DNA of 32,000 nucleotides, taken from contig NC_003902.1 of assembly GCF_000007145.1 (NCBI RefSeq), positions 4,526,497 to 4,558,496 on the forward strand, in the 5' to 3' direction. The DNA comes from Xanthomonas campestris pv. campestris str. ATCC 33913. GTDB taxonomy: Bacteria > Pseudomonadota > Gammaproteobacteria > Xanthomonadales > Xanthomonadaceae. Position 1 is the first letter of the stretch; each line of letters opens with the position of its first letter. The notes beneath the pieces were generated by a model, which saw nothing but the letters and a program-made list of their open reading frames with translations, ran no database searches and had not been told where the DNA came from. Shown piece after piece: positions 1 to 8,679 of this stretch. A program made the position numbers and the translations under genes.

Positions 1-284
1 CCGGTGGGCTGTCGCAGGCCATCCGCATTGCCGATATCGCTGCGCTGTACGGCATGCCGTGCATGATCGGCTGCATGATCGAATCCAGCATCAGCGTGGC
101 CGCCGCAGTGCATCTGGCGGTGGCCAAGGCCGACAGCATCACCCTGGCCGACCTGGACGCGCCGGCGCTGGGGCAGTTCGACCCCACCGAGGGCGGCGTG
201 CATTTCAATGAGGCGCAGATTCATATCGACGACGCGCCCGGCCTGGGCATCCGGCGCATCCGCGGGCTGGAGCTGTTGCCCTGA
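1..284 (+). CDS. Dipeptide (L-Ala-D/L-Glu-type) epimerase, enolase superfamily. C-terminal fragment; the gene starts upstream of the window and the frame begins at nt 3.
   Basis: Open frame from the window edge. The C-terminal sequence (..YGMPCMIGCMIESSISVAAAVHLA..LADLDAPAL..) resembles the barrel end of muconate-cycloisomerase/dipeptide-epimerase family members. Stop codon at 282-284. Confidence 0.65.
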   Translation, partial: GGLSQAIRIADIAALYGMPCMIGCMIESSISVAAAVHLAVAKADSITLADLDAPALGQFDPTEGGVHFNEAQIHIDDAPGLGIRRIRGLELLP

Positions 285-447
285 TCGGCGCACATGCCGT
301 GCAGCGCTGCGTTGCATCCACCGATGCGCAGGCGCGCGCGTTGCTGGGTACAGTAGCGATCAGGCGTGCAGTGCCGAACGGCAATACGTTGCGCGCCGCC
401 CCCTTTGCAGCGGTGTCTGCCGCTGGTCAGTGATCACTGGAGTCTGC

Positions 448-1224
448 ATGCGCATCGCTGTGTTGTTTCGATCCTTCGTGGTGCTGGCGGTCCTGCTGAG
501 CAGCAGTTCGCCAAGCAGCGCCGCCCCGGTGCCGGCACTGGAGGCGGCACGCGCCCTGATCGTGGTGACCACTGCGGACTGGGACAGCACCCAGGCACGC
601 CTGCAGGCCTTCCACCGCGTGGATGGCCACTGGCAACCGGCCGCACCGGCGTTTGCCGTTGCGCTGGGCCAGCATGGCAGCGCCTGGGGCGAGGGCCTGC
701 ACCCGGCCCAGACCCAAGGCCCGCAAAAACGGGAAGGCGACGGCCGCAGCCCGGCCGGCATCTTCGCCATTGGCCCTGCGTTCGGCTATGCGCCGCAGAT
801 CGACAGCGCCCTGCCGTACCAGCCGATGCAGGCCAGCCACTACTGCATGGATGTGCCCAGCTCGCCGCTGTACAACCGCATCGTCGATGCCGACCAGGTG
901 GGCAAGGCCGCGGTGGCCGGCTCGACCGAACCGATGCGCCTGGATCTGCGCCACCCTGGTGATGCGCGCTACCAGGAAGGGTTTGTGATTGCGCACAACC
1001 CACAGGCGATTCCCGGCCGCGGCAGCTGCATCTTCGCGCATCTGTGGCGCAGCCCAGGCCATGCCACCGCCGGCTGCACCGCGATGGCCCCCGCCGACAT
1101 GCAACGCTTGCTCGCCTGGTTGAAGCCCGAGGACGCTCCGCTGTTCGTGCTATTGCCGCGTGCCGAGTACGCGCGCCTGCAACGCAGCTGGCAGTTGCCG
1201 GCACTGGCGCAGGCCACGCCATGA
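448..1224 (+). CDS. Secreted L,D-transpeptidase-fold (YkuD/ErfK-like) protein
   Basis: The ATG at 448 gives an N-terminal signal-like peptide (MRIAVLFRSFVVLAVLLSSSSPSSAAP). The C-terminal GSCIFAHLW...HATAGCTAM resembles the His/Cys catalytic motif of L,D-TPase-fold proteins. The upstream part of track ORF 208..1224 looks non-coding. Confidence 0.6.
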   Translation: MRIAVLFRSFVVLAVLLSSSSPSSAAPVPALEAARALIVVTTADWDSTQARLQAFHRVDGHWQPAAPAFAVALGQHGSAWGEGLHPAQTQGPQKREGDGRSPAGIFAIGPAFGYAPQIDSALPYQPMQASHYCMDVPSSPLYNRIVDADQVGKAAVAGSTEPMRLDLRHPGDARYQEGFVIAHNPQAIPGRGSCIFAHLWRSPGHATAGCTAMAPADMQRLLAWLKPEDAPLFVLLPRAEYARLQRSWQLPALAQATP

Positions 1225-2522
1225 GCAGCCAGGGCAATGAATCTCCCGCGCTGGTGCGCGCGGTCAGCCGCTGGCAGATCGTGGGCTTGTCGATCAACGA
1301 TGTGATCGGCAGCGGCATTTACCTGCTGCCCGCGGCCACGGCCGCGCTGCTGGGGCCGATGAGCCTGTGGGCGGTGATGCTGGCCGGCCTGGCAGTGGCG
1401 TTGCTGGTGCTGTGCTACGCCCAGGCGGCCAGTTATTTCGATACGCCCGGCGGGAGCTATCTGTATACGCGCGAAGCCTTCGGCCCGTTCACCGGCTTCC
1501 AGATCGGCTGGATGATCTGGCTGACACGCATCAGTTCGGCTGCGGCACTGAGCAACGGGCTGGCCGATGCGGTGGCGCGCTTCTGGCCGGCCGCCGGCAG
1601 CGACGGCTGGGAACGTCTGCTGGTGGTGGTGGGCTCGCTGGGCTTGCTCACCGCCATCAACGTGATCGGGGTGAAGTCAGCCGCACGCACTGGCGTGGCG
1701 CTGGTGATCGGCAAGCTGGTGCCGTTGCTGTTGTTCGTGGCCATCGGCCTGTTTTACGTGGATTGGTCGTGGGCCTTTGCCGGCAGCACGCCGGACCTGC
1801 GCGACCTGGGTAACCTTGGCGAAGCCGCGTTGCTGTTGCTGTTTGCGTATGCCGGCTTCGAGAACATCCCTGCCGCTGCAGGCGAGTACCGCAACCCGCG
1901 CCGCGACGTGCCGTTCGCCTTGATCACCATGATCGTCACCGTGACCCTGATCTATGCCGCCGTGCAGGTGGTGGCGCAGGGCACCCTGCCCAATCTCGCG
2001 GCATCGCCCACGCCGCTGGCCGATGCCGCCAGCCGCTTCGGTGGCGAAGCCCTGGCGCTGATCCTCACCGTGGGCGCCACCATCTCCATCCTGGGCACCA
2101 CCAGCAACACGGTGATGTTGGGCCCGCGGTTTTTGTTTGCACTGGCCCAGGACGGCTACGGCCCGGCCCTCCTTGCACGCGTCCACCCGCGCTTCCACAC
2201 CCCGGCGGCAGCCGTGCTCACGCAAGGCGTGCTGTCGCTGGCGCTGGCTTTGTCGGGCTCGTTTACGCAGCTGGCACTGCTGTCGATGGTCACGCGGCTA
2301 TTTGCCTATATCGGCACGGCGGCGGCGGTGATCGTGCTGGCACGCCGTTATCGCGCGCGCACCGATGCCTTGCGCCTGCCCGGTGGCCCGCTCATTCCCA
2401 TCGCCGCCCTGCTGTTGTCGCTTGGCCTGTTGGCGAGCGCCAGCTGGCAGAACCTCGCCGCCGCCGGGCTGGCCTTGCTGGTGGGCTGCGTGTTCTACCT
2501 GTTCCCGCGTAAGCCGGCCTGA
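1221..2522 (+). CDS. APC-family amino acid permease
   Basis: About 12 predicted hydrophobic segments with typical APC N-terminal motifs (SINDVIGSGIYLLP, FAYAGFE). The ATG at 1221 overlaps the preceding stop codon (ATGA). Confidence 0.85.
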   Translation: MSSQGNESPALVRAVSRWQIVGLSINDVIGSGIYLLPAATAALLGPMSLWAVMLAGLAVALLVLCYAQAASYFDTPGGSYLYTREAFGPFTGFQIGWMIWLTRISSAAALSNGLADAVARFWPAAGSDGWERLLVVVGSLGLLTAINVIGVKSAARTGVALVIGKLVPLLLFVAIGLFYVDWSWAFAGSTPDLRDLGNLGEAALLLLFAYAGFENIPAAAGEYRNPRRDVPFALITMIVTVTLIYAAVQVVAQGTLPNLAASPTPLADAASRFGGEALALILTVGATISILGTTSNTVMLGPRFLFALAQDGYGPALLARVHPRFHTPAAAVLTQGVLSLALALSGSFTQLALLSMVTRLFAYIGTAAAVIVLARRYRARTDALRLPGGPLIPIAALLLSLGLLASASWQNLAAAGLALLVGCVFYLFPRKPA

Positions 2523-2609
2523 GCACTTCGCGCCGCGCTCGCGTAGCGCTCACGCACGACTAACTGCGTGCGCATGACGCTGCCACGCACAGTCCTGCGG
2601 GAGGTTGCG

Positions 2610-3107
2610 ATGAAGCTGCGCCGTGTCTACAGCACACCGAATGTCGACAGTGCCCAACGCGTCCTGCAGGCCGCGCGCGGCGCGGGGCTCGACAACGATG
2701 CGCTTTCACTGATTGCACGTTCGGATATCGAAGTGGAAGGCGTTCCCGACGAACGCAAGGACGCCAAGACCGACTTCCTGCCCGCCGCCGCCCGCGGCGC
2801 TGCCACCGGCGGTGCCGCGGGCCTGGTCGCAGGATTGGTCGCCATCGCGGTGCCGCCGATTGGGCTGACTGTCGCCGGCGCCGGGGTCATGGCCCTCGCG
2901 GGCGCCTTGGTCGGTACGTGGTCGTCCGCGCTGGTGGGCGCCACCGTGCCGGATCCGGTGCGGCGCCAGTTCGAAGACGAGATCGAAGCCGGCCGTGTGC
3001 TGGTGGTGATCGATGCCGAAGAACAGGAACTCCGCAATGCGGAATCTGCGCTGGTGAGCGCAGGGGCAACGCCACTACCGTATGAAGCCGCGTCAGCGGC
3101 GACCTGA
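2610..3107 (+). CDS. Glycine-zipper membrane protein (DUF1269-like) with flanking soluble domains
   Basis: A GGGAGG Shine-Dalgarno (SD) sequence lies 5-6 nt upstream of the ATG at 2610. The central Gly/Ala-rich hydrophobic stretch is AATGGAAGLVAGLVAIAV..AGAGVMALAGALVG. Third-position GC bias is consistent with coding sequence. Confidence 0.65.
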   Translation: MKLRRVYSTPNVDSAQRVLQAARGAGLDNDALSLIARSDIEVEGVPDERKDAKTDFLPAAARGAATGGAAGLVAGLVAIAVPPIGLTVAGAGVMALAGALVGTWSSALVGATVPDPVRRQFEDEIEAGRVLVVIDAEEQELRNAESALVSAGATPLPYEAASAAT

Positions 3108-3277
3108 AGCACGGCGCGAATGCGATGTGGCCGCAATCGCATCTTTCCGAGCAAACCATTTCAGCTTAGACAACGACCCACGAGCACCACAGTTTGATCT
3201 ACCCATCACCCGGCGTGCCATGCAGTTAACAACCGCCACCCTAGGGTATTTCGCACATTCGAATGACGGAGACGCGC

Positions 3278-3625
3278 ATGAACGTGCCCTACCAGATTCC
3301 CGGCCGTGCCCCGGACGAAGGCCGCAACCAGAACGTTTCGCAATACTGGCGCGAGCGTTTCACCGAGGAGCCGTATTACGCCGAAGGTGATCGCTACGAA
3401 GATTATGAAGCCGCATATCTTGCCGGCCACGATGCACGCGTGCGCGATATGGCGCGCGCCTACGATCAGGTGGAAGCCGAGCTGCATCGTGACTGGGATG
3501 CCAATCGTGGGTCTTCATCGTTGAGCTGGAGCAAGGCCCGCCATGCAGTGCGGCGCGCATGGGAAAGCGCTGCAGAGTTTGTCAGCGGCGATGACCACGC
3601 CAAGAACGCAGAACGCCACCGTTGA
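3278..3625 (+). CDS. Small acidic hypothetical protein (115 aa)
   Basis: ORF with high GC3. GGAGA at 3268-3272 lies 5 nt upstream of the ATG at 3278, so I prefer that start to the track start at 3263. I recognise no family. Confidence 0.5.
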   Translation: MNVPYQIPGRAPDEGRNQNVSQYWRERFTEEPYYAEGDRYEDYEAAYLAGHDARVRDMARAYDQVEAELHRDWDANRGSSSLSWSKARHAVRRAWESAAEFVSGDDHAKNAERHR

Positions 3626-3664
3626 GGTGGCGTTTCGCTTTAACGCTTACCAGCTGGTGCAGTG

Positions 3665-4099
3665 TCAGTCCAGCGCAGGCGGGACGGCGCGGCTCGTTGA
3701 CCCCGCCGGGCCATCCATCGCATCACGCGTGTTCTTCTGCACCGCGACCGCGCCAAACAGGCTCAGTGCGTACGCCATCGCATAGAAGCCCTTTTCGCTG
3801 AGCAACAGTGTTGCGTTGAACAAGCCGATGGTCAGCAACAACAGCGCGGCAATCAGCGAGAACCAGCAGATGGCGTAATACAACCCGGTGACCGGAATAC
3901 CATCGACACGGTCGCGCACACTTTTTTGCAGCGACACCGATGCAAACAGGCCGAACAACAGCAGGGTGAAGTAATAGCCCTTTTCGTTGAGCAGCATTTC
4001 GGCATTCCACAGGCCGACCAGATAGGCGCCGCCACCGAGCAGCAAGGCGGCCCACGATGCGGCGACAAAGGCAAACGAGGTTTTCTGCGTGACAGCCAT
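3665..4099 (-). CDS. YiaA/YiaB-family inner membrane protein (two YiaAB repeats)
   Basis: Internal duplication (..[28 protein letters not shown].. and ..[28 protein letters not shown]..), four hydrophobic helices, and an AAGGAG SD 5 nt upstream of the ATG. Confidence 0.8.
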   Translation of the reverse strand: MAVTQKTSFAFVAASWAALLLGGGAYLVGLWNAEMLLNEKGYYFTLLLFGLFASVSLQKSVRDRVDGIPVTGLYYAICWFSLIAALLLLTIGLFNATLLLSEKGFYAMAYALSLFGAVAVQKNTRDAMDGPAGSTSRAVPPALD

Positions 4100-4269
4100 G
4101 GAAACTCCTTTTCATGGTGAAGCATCGAGAGGGGACCCGGCGGTCTCGCAGATGGTGATCTACGACAAGGGCGGCCTGGACGGCGTCGTGTAAGGTACTT
4201 GAAAACCCGACGCGGGACACGTTGTGGGAGGGCTGCGACGTGACCGTGCCTCATCCCCTGGAGGACCTC

Positions 4270-5448
4270 ATGTCAGTTCGACGTCTGCTTGCCCTGGCCT
4301 GCACGGCCAGCTTGTTTGCCACCGGCGCCGCACTTGGCGCACCTGCCACCGCGCCGGCAGCGTCCATTCCCAAGGCGCAATGGCCGTTCCAGGCCACCAC
4401 CGTGGCCGATTTCGATGAGCCATGGGCCATGACGTTCCTGCCCGACGGCAGCCTGCTGGTCAGCGAAAAGCGTGGCGCGTTGATGCGCCTGGACCTGAAA
4501 ACAAAGCGCAAACGCGCCATTACCGGCATCCCCACCGTCGCTTACGGCGGCCAGGGCGGTTTCGGCGATGTGCTGGCGCATCCGCGGTTCGCCCGCAATG
4601 GGCTGGTGTACGTGAGCTACGCCGAACCTGGCGAGGGCGACGTGCGCGGCGCGGCCGTGGCGCGTGCCAAGCTGACATTGGACGCAAACGGCGGCGGCAG
4701 CCTGTCGGACCTGAAGGTGATCTGGCGGCAGGACCCGAAGGTGACCGGCAACGGCCACTTCGGTCATCGCCTTGCCTTCGGCCCGGACGGCAAGCTGTGG
4801 ATCAGCTCCAGCGAACGCCAGAAGTTCACGCCCGCGCAGGACATGCAGGCCAACCTGGGCAAATTGATTCGTCTCAACGACGACGGCAGTGTGCCTGCCG
4901 ACAACCCCTTCGCTGCGCAAGGTGGAGTTGCCGCGCAGGTGTGGTCGCTGGGCCACCGCAACATCCTGGGCATCGCGTTCGACAGCAAGGGCAAACTGTG
5001 GGAACACGAAATGGGCCCGCTCGGTGGTGATGAGCTCAACCTGATCCAGCGTGGCGCCAACTACGGCTACCCGGTGGTGTCCAACGGCGACAACTACGAC
5101 GGCACGCCCATCCCGGATCACAACACGCGCCCGGAGTTCGCTGCGCCCAAGATCAGCTGGACGCCAGTGATTTCGCCGGCGGGGTTTGTGATCTACAGCG
5201 GCAAGCAGTTCCCGGCATGGCGCGGCAATGGCTTCATCGGCGGGCTGTCGTCGATGGCGTTGGTGCAGGTGTCGCTGGACGAACAGCCGCGCGAACTGGC
5301 CCGTTACGACATGGGCGCGCGCATCCGCGAGGTGGAGCAAGGTCCAGATGGCGCGCTGTGGCTGCTGGAAGACGAGGCCAGCGGCAGCACCGGCCGTCTG
5401 CTCAAGCTGACACCCAAGCGCACCGGCGCTGTCGAGGAAGATGCGTGA
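4270..5448 (+). CDS. PQQ-dependent soluble sugar (aldose/sorbosone) dehydrogenase, beta-propeller, secreted
   Basis: A GGAGG SD precedes the ATG at 4270. The N-terminus is a signal peptide (MSVRRLLALACTASLFATGAALGAP). Sequence motifs match the YliI/sorbosone-dehydrogenase family (GHFGHRLAFGPDGKLW, WSLGHRN, GANYGYP). Confidence 0.85.
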   Translation: MSVRRLLALACTASLFATGAALGAPATAPAASIPKAQWPFQATTVADFDEPWAMTFLPDGSLLVSEKRGALMRLDLKTKRKRAITGIPTVAYGGQGGFGDVLAHPRFARNGLVYVSYAEPGEGDVRGAAVARAKLTLDANGGGSLSDLKVIWRQDPKVTGNGHFGHRLAFGPDGKLWISSSERQKFTPAQDMQANLGKLIRLNDDGSVPADNPFAAQGGVAAQVWSLGHRNILGIAFDSKGKLWEHEMGPLGGDELNLIQRGANYGYPVVSNGDNYDGTPIPDHNTRPEFAAPKISWTPVISPAGFVIYSGKQFPAWRGNGFIGGLSSMALVQVSLDEQPRELARYDMGARIREVEQGPDGALWLLEDEASGSTGRLLKLTPKRTGAVEEDA

Positions 5449-5527
5449 ACCAGCGAGTTTGAGTAGGGGAGTCATGCCATCGCCACGCACGCATCGCGTG
5501 CTGGCGATGGTCATGATGCGAGGCGAA

Positions 5528-5551
5528 GCGCCGAGCGATCGGCGCTTTTTT
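5528..5551 (+). terminator. Rho-independent terminator downstream of the dehydrogenase gene
   Basis: GCGCCGA (5528-5534) pairs with TCGGCGC (5539-5545) around a 4-nt loop, followed by TTTTTT (5546-5551). Confidence 0.7.
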
Positions 5552-5772
5552 CTGCGACCCGCACTTCAGCAGCATGCATGTCTTTCAACAAAAAGTTGGG
5601 CGCAGCGGCAAGCACATTGACGCTAGCGCTGATGGGCCGCCACGGGTTCGCATGCAAACGACGCGTGTGATCGTCACCTGACCTGAGTCACAGGTCGCCC
5701 ATCCTCAGACCCGCGTTTCATCCACACAACCGAGTGACCTGCACTGCGGCAGGCCACGCCCACGGCGGTACC

Positions 5773-7944
5773 TCAGCGATCCAGCAACTCGAACGACACC
5801 GGCTCGCCACTCTTGGCCGACGCGCACACCCACACATCGAACAGCCCCGGCTCGGCGCCGAACACGCCCTTGTGGTTGGTAAACGCCAGCGCATCGCGCT
5901 GCAGGGTGAACACCACCTCCGCACTCTCGCCCGGCTGCAGCAGCACCTTGCGGAATCCCTTGAGCTCGCGCACCGGGCGCACGCGGCTGGCAACCCGGTC
6001 GTGCACATACAGCTGCACCACTTCTTCGCCGGCTACCGTGCCGGTATTGGTCACACGCGTGGTGATGGTCAGCGTCTGCTCCCATCCCAGCTGCGTGGTG
6101 CTCAGTTGCGGCGCCGCATACGCAAAAGTGGTGTAGCTCAAGCCGTGGCCGAACGGGTACAGCGGCTCGTTGGGCATCTCGCGCCAGCGCGCCTTGTACT
6201 CGGACAGTGTGGGCAATTCCGGGCGGCCGGTGCGCAGATGGTTGTAGAAATACGGCTGCTGGCCGGTCACCTGCGGGAAGCTGATCGGCAGGCGTGCCGA
6301 TGGGTTGTAGTCGCCAAACAGGACGTCGGCCACGCCGGTGCCGGTCTGGGTGCCCAGGTACCAGGTCACCGCAATCGCATCGGCATCGCGCACCGCACCG
6401 CTCAGCGCCAGCGCGCGGCCGTTGCGCAACAGGATCACCATCGGCGTGCCGGTGGCGGCCACCGCTTCGGCCAGCGCCTGCTGTGCCGGCGGCAGCGTGA
6501 TCTCGGTCCGCGACTGCGCCTCGCCGCTGAAACGCTGCGGCTCGCCCAGCGCCAGCACCACCACATCGGCAGCTTGTGCGGCATCGATTGCTGCGGAAAT
6601 GCCGCCCGGCAACGGCTCTTCCAGCCCGCAGCCGGCCACCACGCTCAGGTTGTCGGCCGCCACCACCGCGCGCACGCCCTGCTCGAGCGTGACGTACCGT
6701 TCCTTGTCGCCGAACAGGGTCCAGCAGCCTTCGATGTTTTCGCGGTCCTGCACGAACGGGCCGATCAGCGCGATGTTCTGCCCGCTCTTCTTCAGCGGCA
6801 GCAGGTCGCCTTCGTTCTTGAGCAGCACGATCGAACGCCGCGCCGCATCGCGCGACAACGCATCGTGCGCAGGCAGATGCGCGGTATCGGCTTCGCGTGC
6901 GGGATCCAGCGAGCGATACGGATTGTCGAACAGGCCGATCGCCTCTTTCAGCTGCAGGATGCGGCGCACGCTGGCGTCCAGCGTGGCCATCGGCACCTCG
7001 CCGCTTTCCACCAGCGACGGCAGATGCGCGGCATAGAACCCGCTCTGCATGCTCAGATCCAGACCGGCCAGGAACGCCTTCTTGGTGGCGTCGCGCTCAT
7101 CGGCCGCGTAGCCGTGCGCAATCAATTCCATGTCGGCGGTGTAATCGGAAATCACCACGCCCGGGAACTGCCACTCACCGCGCAGGATCTCGGTGAGCAG
7201 TTCGTGGTTGGCGCTGGCCGGCACGCCGTTGATGTCGTTGAAGGACGACATCACCGTCAGCGCGCCCGCATCGAACGCCGCCTTGAACGGCGGCAGATGC
7301 ACATCGCGCAGCGTCTGCGGGGCGATATCCACCGTGTTGTATTCCATGCCGGCCGCCACCGCGCCGTAGGCGGCGAAATGCTTGGGCGTAGCCAGCAGGC
7401 AATCGTCGGCTTTGAGATCGCTGCCCTGGAAGCCGCGCACGCGCGCGGCGGCAAACGCCATACCCAGCACCACGTCTTCGCCGGCGCCTTCCGCGCCACG
7501 GCCCCAGCGCTGGTCGCGCGCAATGTCCACCGCAGGTGCATAGGTCCAGTGCAGGCCGGCAGCGGTGGCCTCGATCGCCGTGGCCCGCGCGGTGCGCTCG
7601 GCCAGCTCCGGCTCGAAGCTTGCCGCTTCGCCCAACGGGATCGGGAACACCGTGCGCATGCCGTGGATGACATCGGCGGCCAGGATCACCGGAATGCCCA
7701 GGCGGCTTTCTTCGACCGCCACTTTCTGGATCTGCACGCCCAACGCAGCGCCCACACCATTGAACAGCGAGCCCACCCGGCCCTGGCGCACCTGTTGCAG
7801 CACTTCGTCGGCGTTGAGGACATTGGCCTCGGGATTCACGTCCGGCGCGAACGGCCGCACCATGTCGGCGAATACCCCGAGCTGGCCGACCTTCTCTTCG
7901 ACGGTCATGCGGGCAATCAGGGAGTCGATGCGATCAGCAGCCAT
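5773..7944 (-). CDS. bglX: Glycoside hydrolase family 3 beta-glucosidase, with no obvious signal peptide
   Basis: 723-aa ORF with GH3 hallmarks (EEKVGQL, RWGRGAEGAGED, GVVISDYTA). An AAGGA SD precedes the ATG. The 751-aa plus-strand ORF opposite it is an antisense artefact. Confidence 0.9.
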   Translation of the reverse strand: MAADRIDSLIARMTVEEKVGQLGVFADMVRPFAPDVNPEANVLNADEVLQQVRQGRVGSLFNGVGAALGVQIQKVAVEESRLGIPVILAADVIHGMRTVFPIPLGEAASFEPELAERTARATAIEATAAGLHWTYAPAVDIARDQRWGRGAEGAGEDVVLGMAFAAARVRGFQGSDLKADDCLLATPKHFAAYGAVAAGMEYNTVDIAPQTLRDVHLPPFKAAFDAGALTVMSSFNDINGVPASANHELLTEILRGEWQFPGVVISDYTADMELIAHGYAADERDATKKAFLAGLDLSMQSGFYAAHLPSLVESGEVPMATLDASVRRILQLKEAIGLFDNPYRSLDPAREADTAHLPAHDALSRDAARRSIVLLKNEGDLLPLKKSGQNIALIGPFVQDRENIEGCWTLFGDKERYVTLEQGVRAVVAADNLSVVAGCGLEEPLPGGISAAIDAAQAADVVVLALGEPQRFSGEAQSRTEITLPPAQQALAEAVAATGTPMVILLRNGRALALSGAVRDADAIAVTWYLGTQTGTGVADVLFGDYNPSARLPISFPQVTGQQPYFYNHLRTGRPELPTLSEYKARWREMPNEPLYPFGHGLSYTTFAYAAPQLSTTQLGWEQTLTITTRVTNTGTVAGEEVVQLYVHDRVASRVRPVRELKGFRKVLLQPGESAEVVFTLQRDALAFTNHKGVFGAEPGLFDVWVCASAKSGEPVSFELLDR

Positions 7945-7954
7945 GAGATCCTTG

Positions 7955-7968
7955 AGAAAACGTTTACA
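7955..7968 (-). promoter_or_regulatory. Candidate LacI-family operator in the bglX leader
   Basis: The minus strand reads TGTAAACGTTTTCT, which matches TGWAANCGNTNWCA at 13 of 14 positions. It has a palindromic AAACGTTT core and sits 11-24 nt upstream of the bglX ATG, just 5' of the SD. Confidence 0.35.
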
Positions 7969-8199
7969 TGGCCGGCAATTCTAGCCTGATGCGACCATGA
8001 TGGTGAAAGTCCCCACCCCGGTTCAGCCTCGGATTCAGCTGTTCGGGGCGGCAGTGCGACGCAGTTCGCGCAGCCGGCGGCGGACGGCGTCCCCAGCAGC
8101 GCCAGCGATCCCGGCAGTTGGATGAGCCCGGTTGCCGGCGGATCGGCCACCGCTCCAACTCGATACACCAACGTCTATTGCGCCAGTGGGAGCGCCAGA

Positions 8200-8553
8200 T
8201 CAGCTACGGCTGCGCTCGATGATGACGCCCACCGCCTGCGCGCCGCGCACCGCGCCCGGCTTGCTCAACTTCAGCCGCAGCCACTGCACCTGAAATTCGT
8301 CCAGCACGATCGCCGCACACCGCTCGGCCAGGGTCTCCACCAACCCGAATTCCGACTGCTGTACGAACTCGATCAGCCGCTTGCTCACCGCCTTGTAGTT
8401 GAGCGTGTCGGCGATGTCGTCGCTGGCGGCCGGAATGCGGTTGTCGAACCCCATCTCCAGGTCGAACCGCAACGTCTGCCGGATCCGCCGCTCCCAGTCA
8501 TAGATGCCGATCAGCGCATCGATGTCGAGACCTTCGATAAAGACTTTGTCCAT
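8200..8553 (-). CDS. folB: Dihydroneopterin aldolase
   Basis: MDKVFIEGLDIDALIGIYDWERR... matches the FolB N-terminus and the length is 117 aa. The track ORF's N-terminal extension runs into the repeat element and is rejected. Confidence 0.9.
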   Translation of the reverse strand: MDKVFIEGLDIDALIGIYDWERRIRQTLRFDLEMGFDNRIPAASDDIADTLNYKAVSKRLIEFVQQSEFGLVETLAERCAAIVLDEFQVQWLRLKLSKPGAVRGAQAVGVIIERSRS

Positions 8554-8559
8554 TGAATA

Positions 8560-8679
8560 GGGAATCGGGAGTTGGGAATAGGGAATAGGGAATGGTGAAA
8601 AGCAAGACCAGCAACAGCGCGGCACAGAATGGACCGGAGAACGGCGTTTACGATTCCCGATTCCCGATTCCCGACTCCC
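8560..8679. repeat. Palindromic heptamer-repeat intergenic element, copy A
   Basis: Left arm: 5 tandem heptamers (GGGAATC GGGAGTT GGGAATA GGGAATA GGGAATG, 8560-8594). Right arm: 4 inverted heptamers (GATTCCC x3 and GACTCCC, 8652-8679). The spacer begins GTGAAAAGCAAG. Confidence 0.85.

Noticed and set aside
208-447. N-terminal extensions in track ORFs (208..1224, 1044..2522, 2568..3107, 4222..5448, 8648..9826, 9654..10208, 10327..10881, 14668..16074, 17901..19037, 21171..21581)
   Set aside because: Homology-consistent N-termini, signal peptides and SD sequences point to internal start codons. The extensions overlap upstream genes or intergenic sequence.
5734-7989. 751-aa plus-strand ORF opposite the GH3 beta-glucosidase
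   Set aside because: Its composition is dominated by Arg/Ala/His/Gly/Gln and it has no recognisable motifs. It mirrors a well-supported gene on the other strand. This is the usual stop-codon-poor antisense frame of a high-GC genome.
8560-8679. Possibility that the heptamer arrays are a CRISPR array
   Set aside because: The units are 7 nt, directly abutting with no spacers, and arranged as an inverted pair. No cas genes are present. This is not CRISPR architecture.
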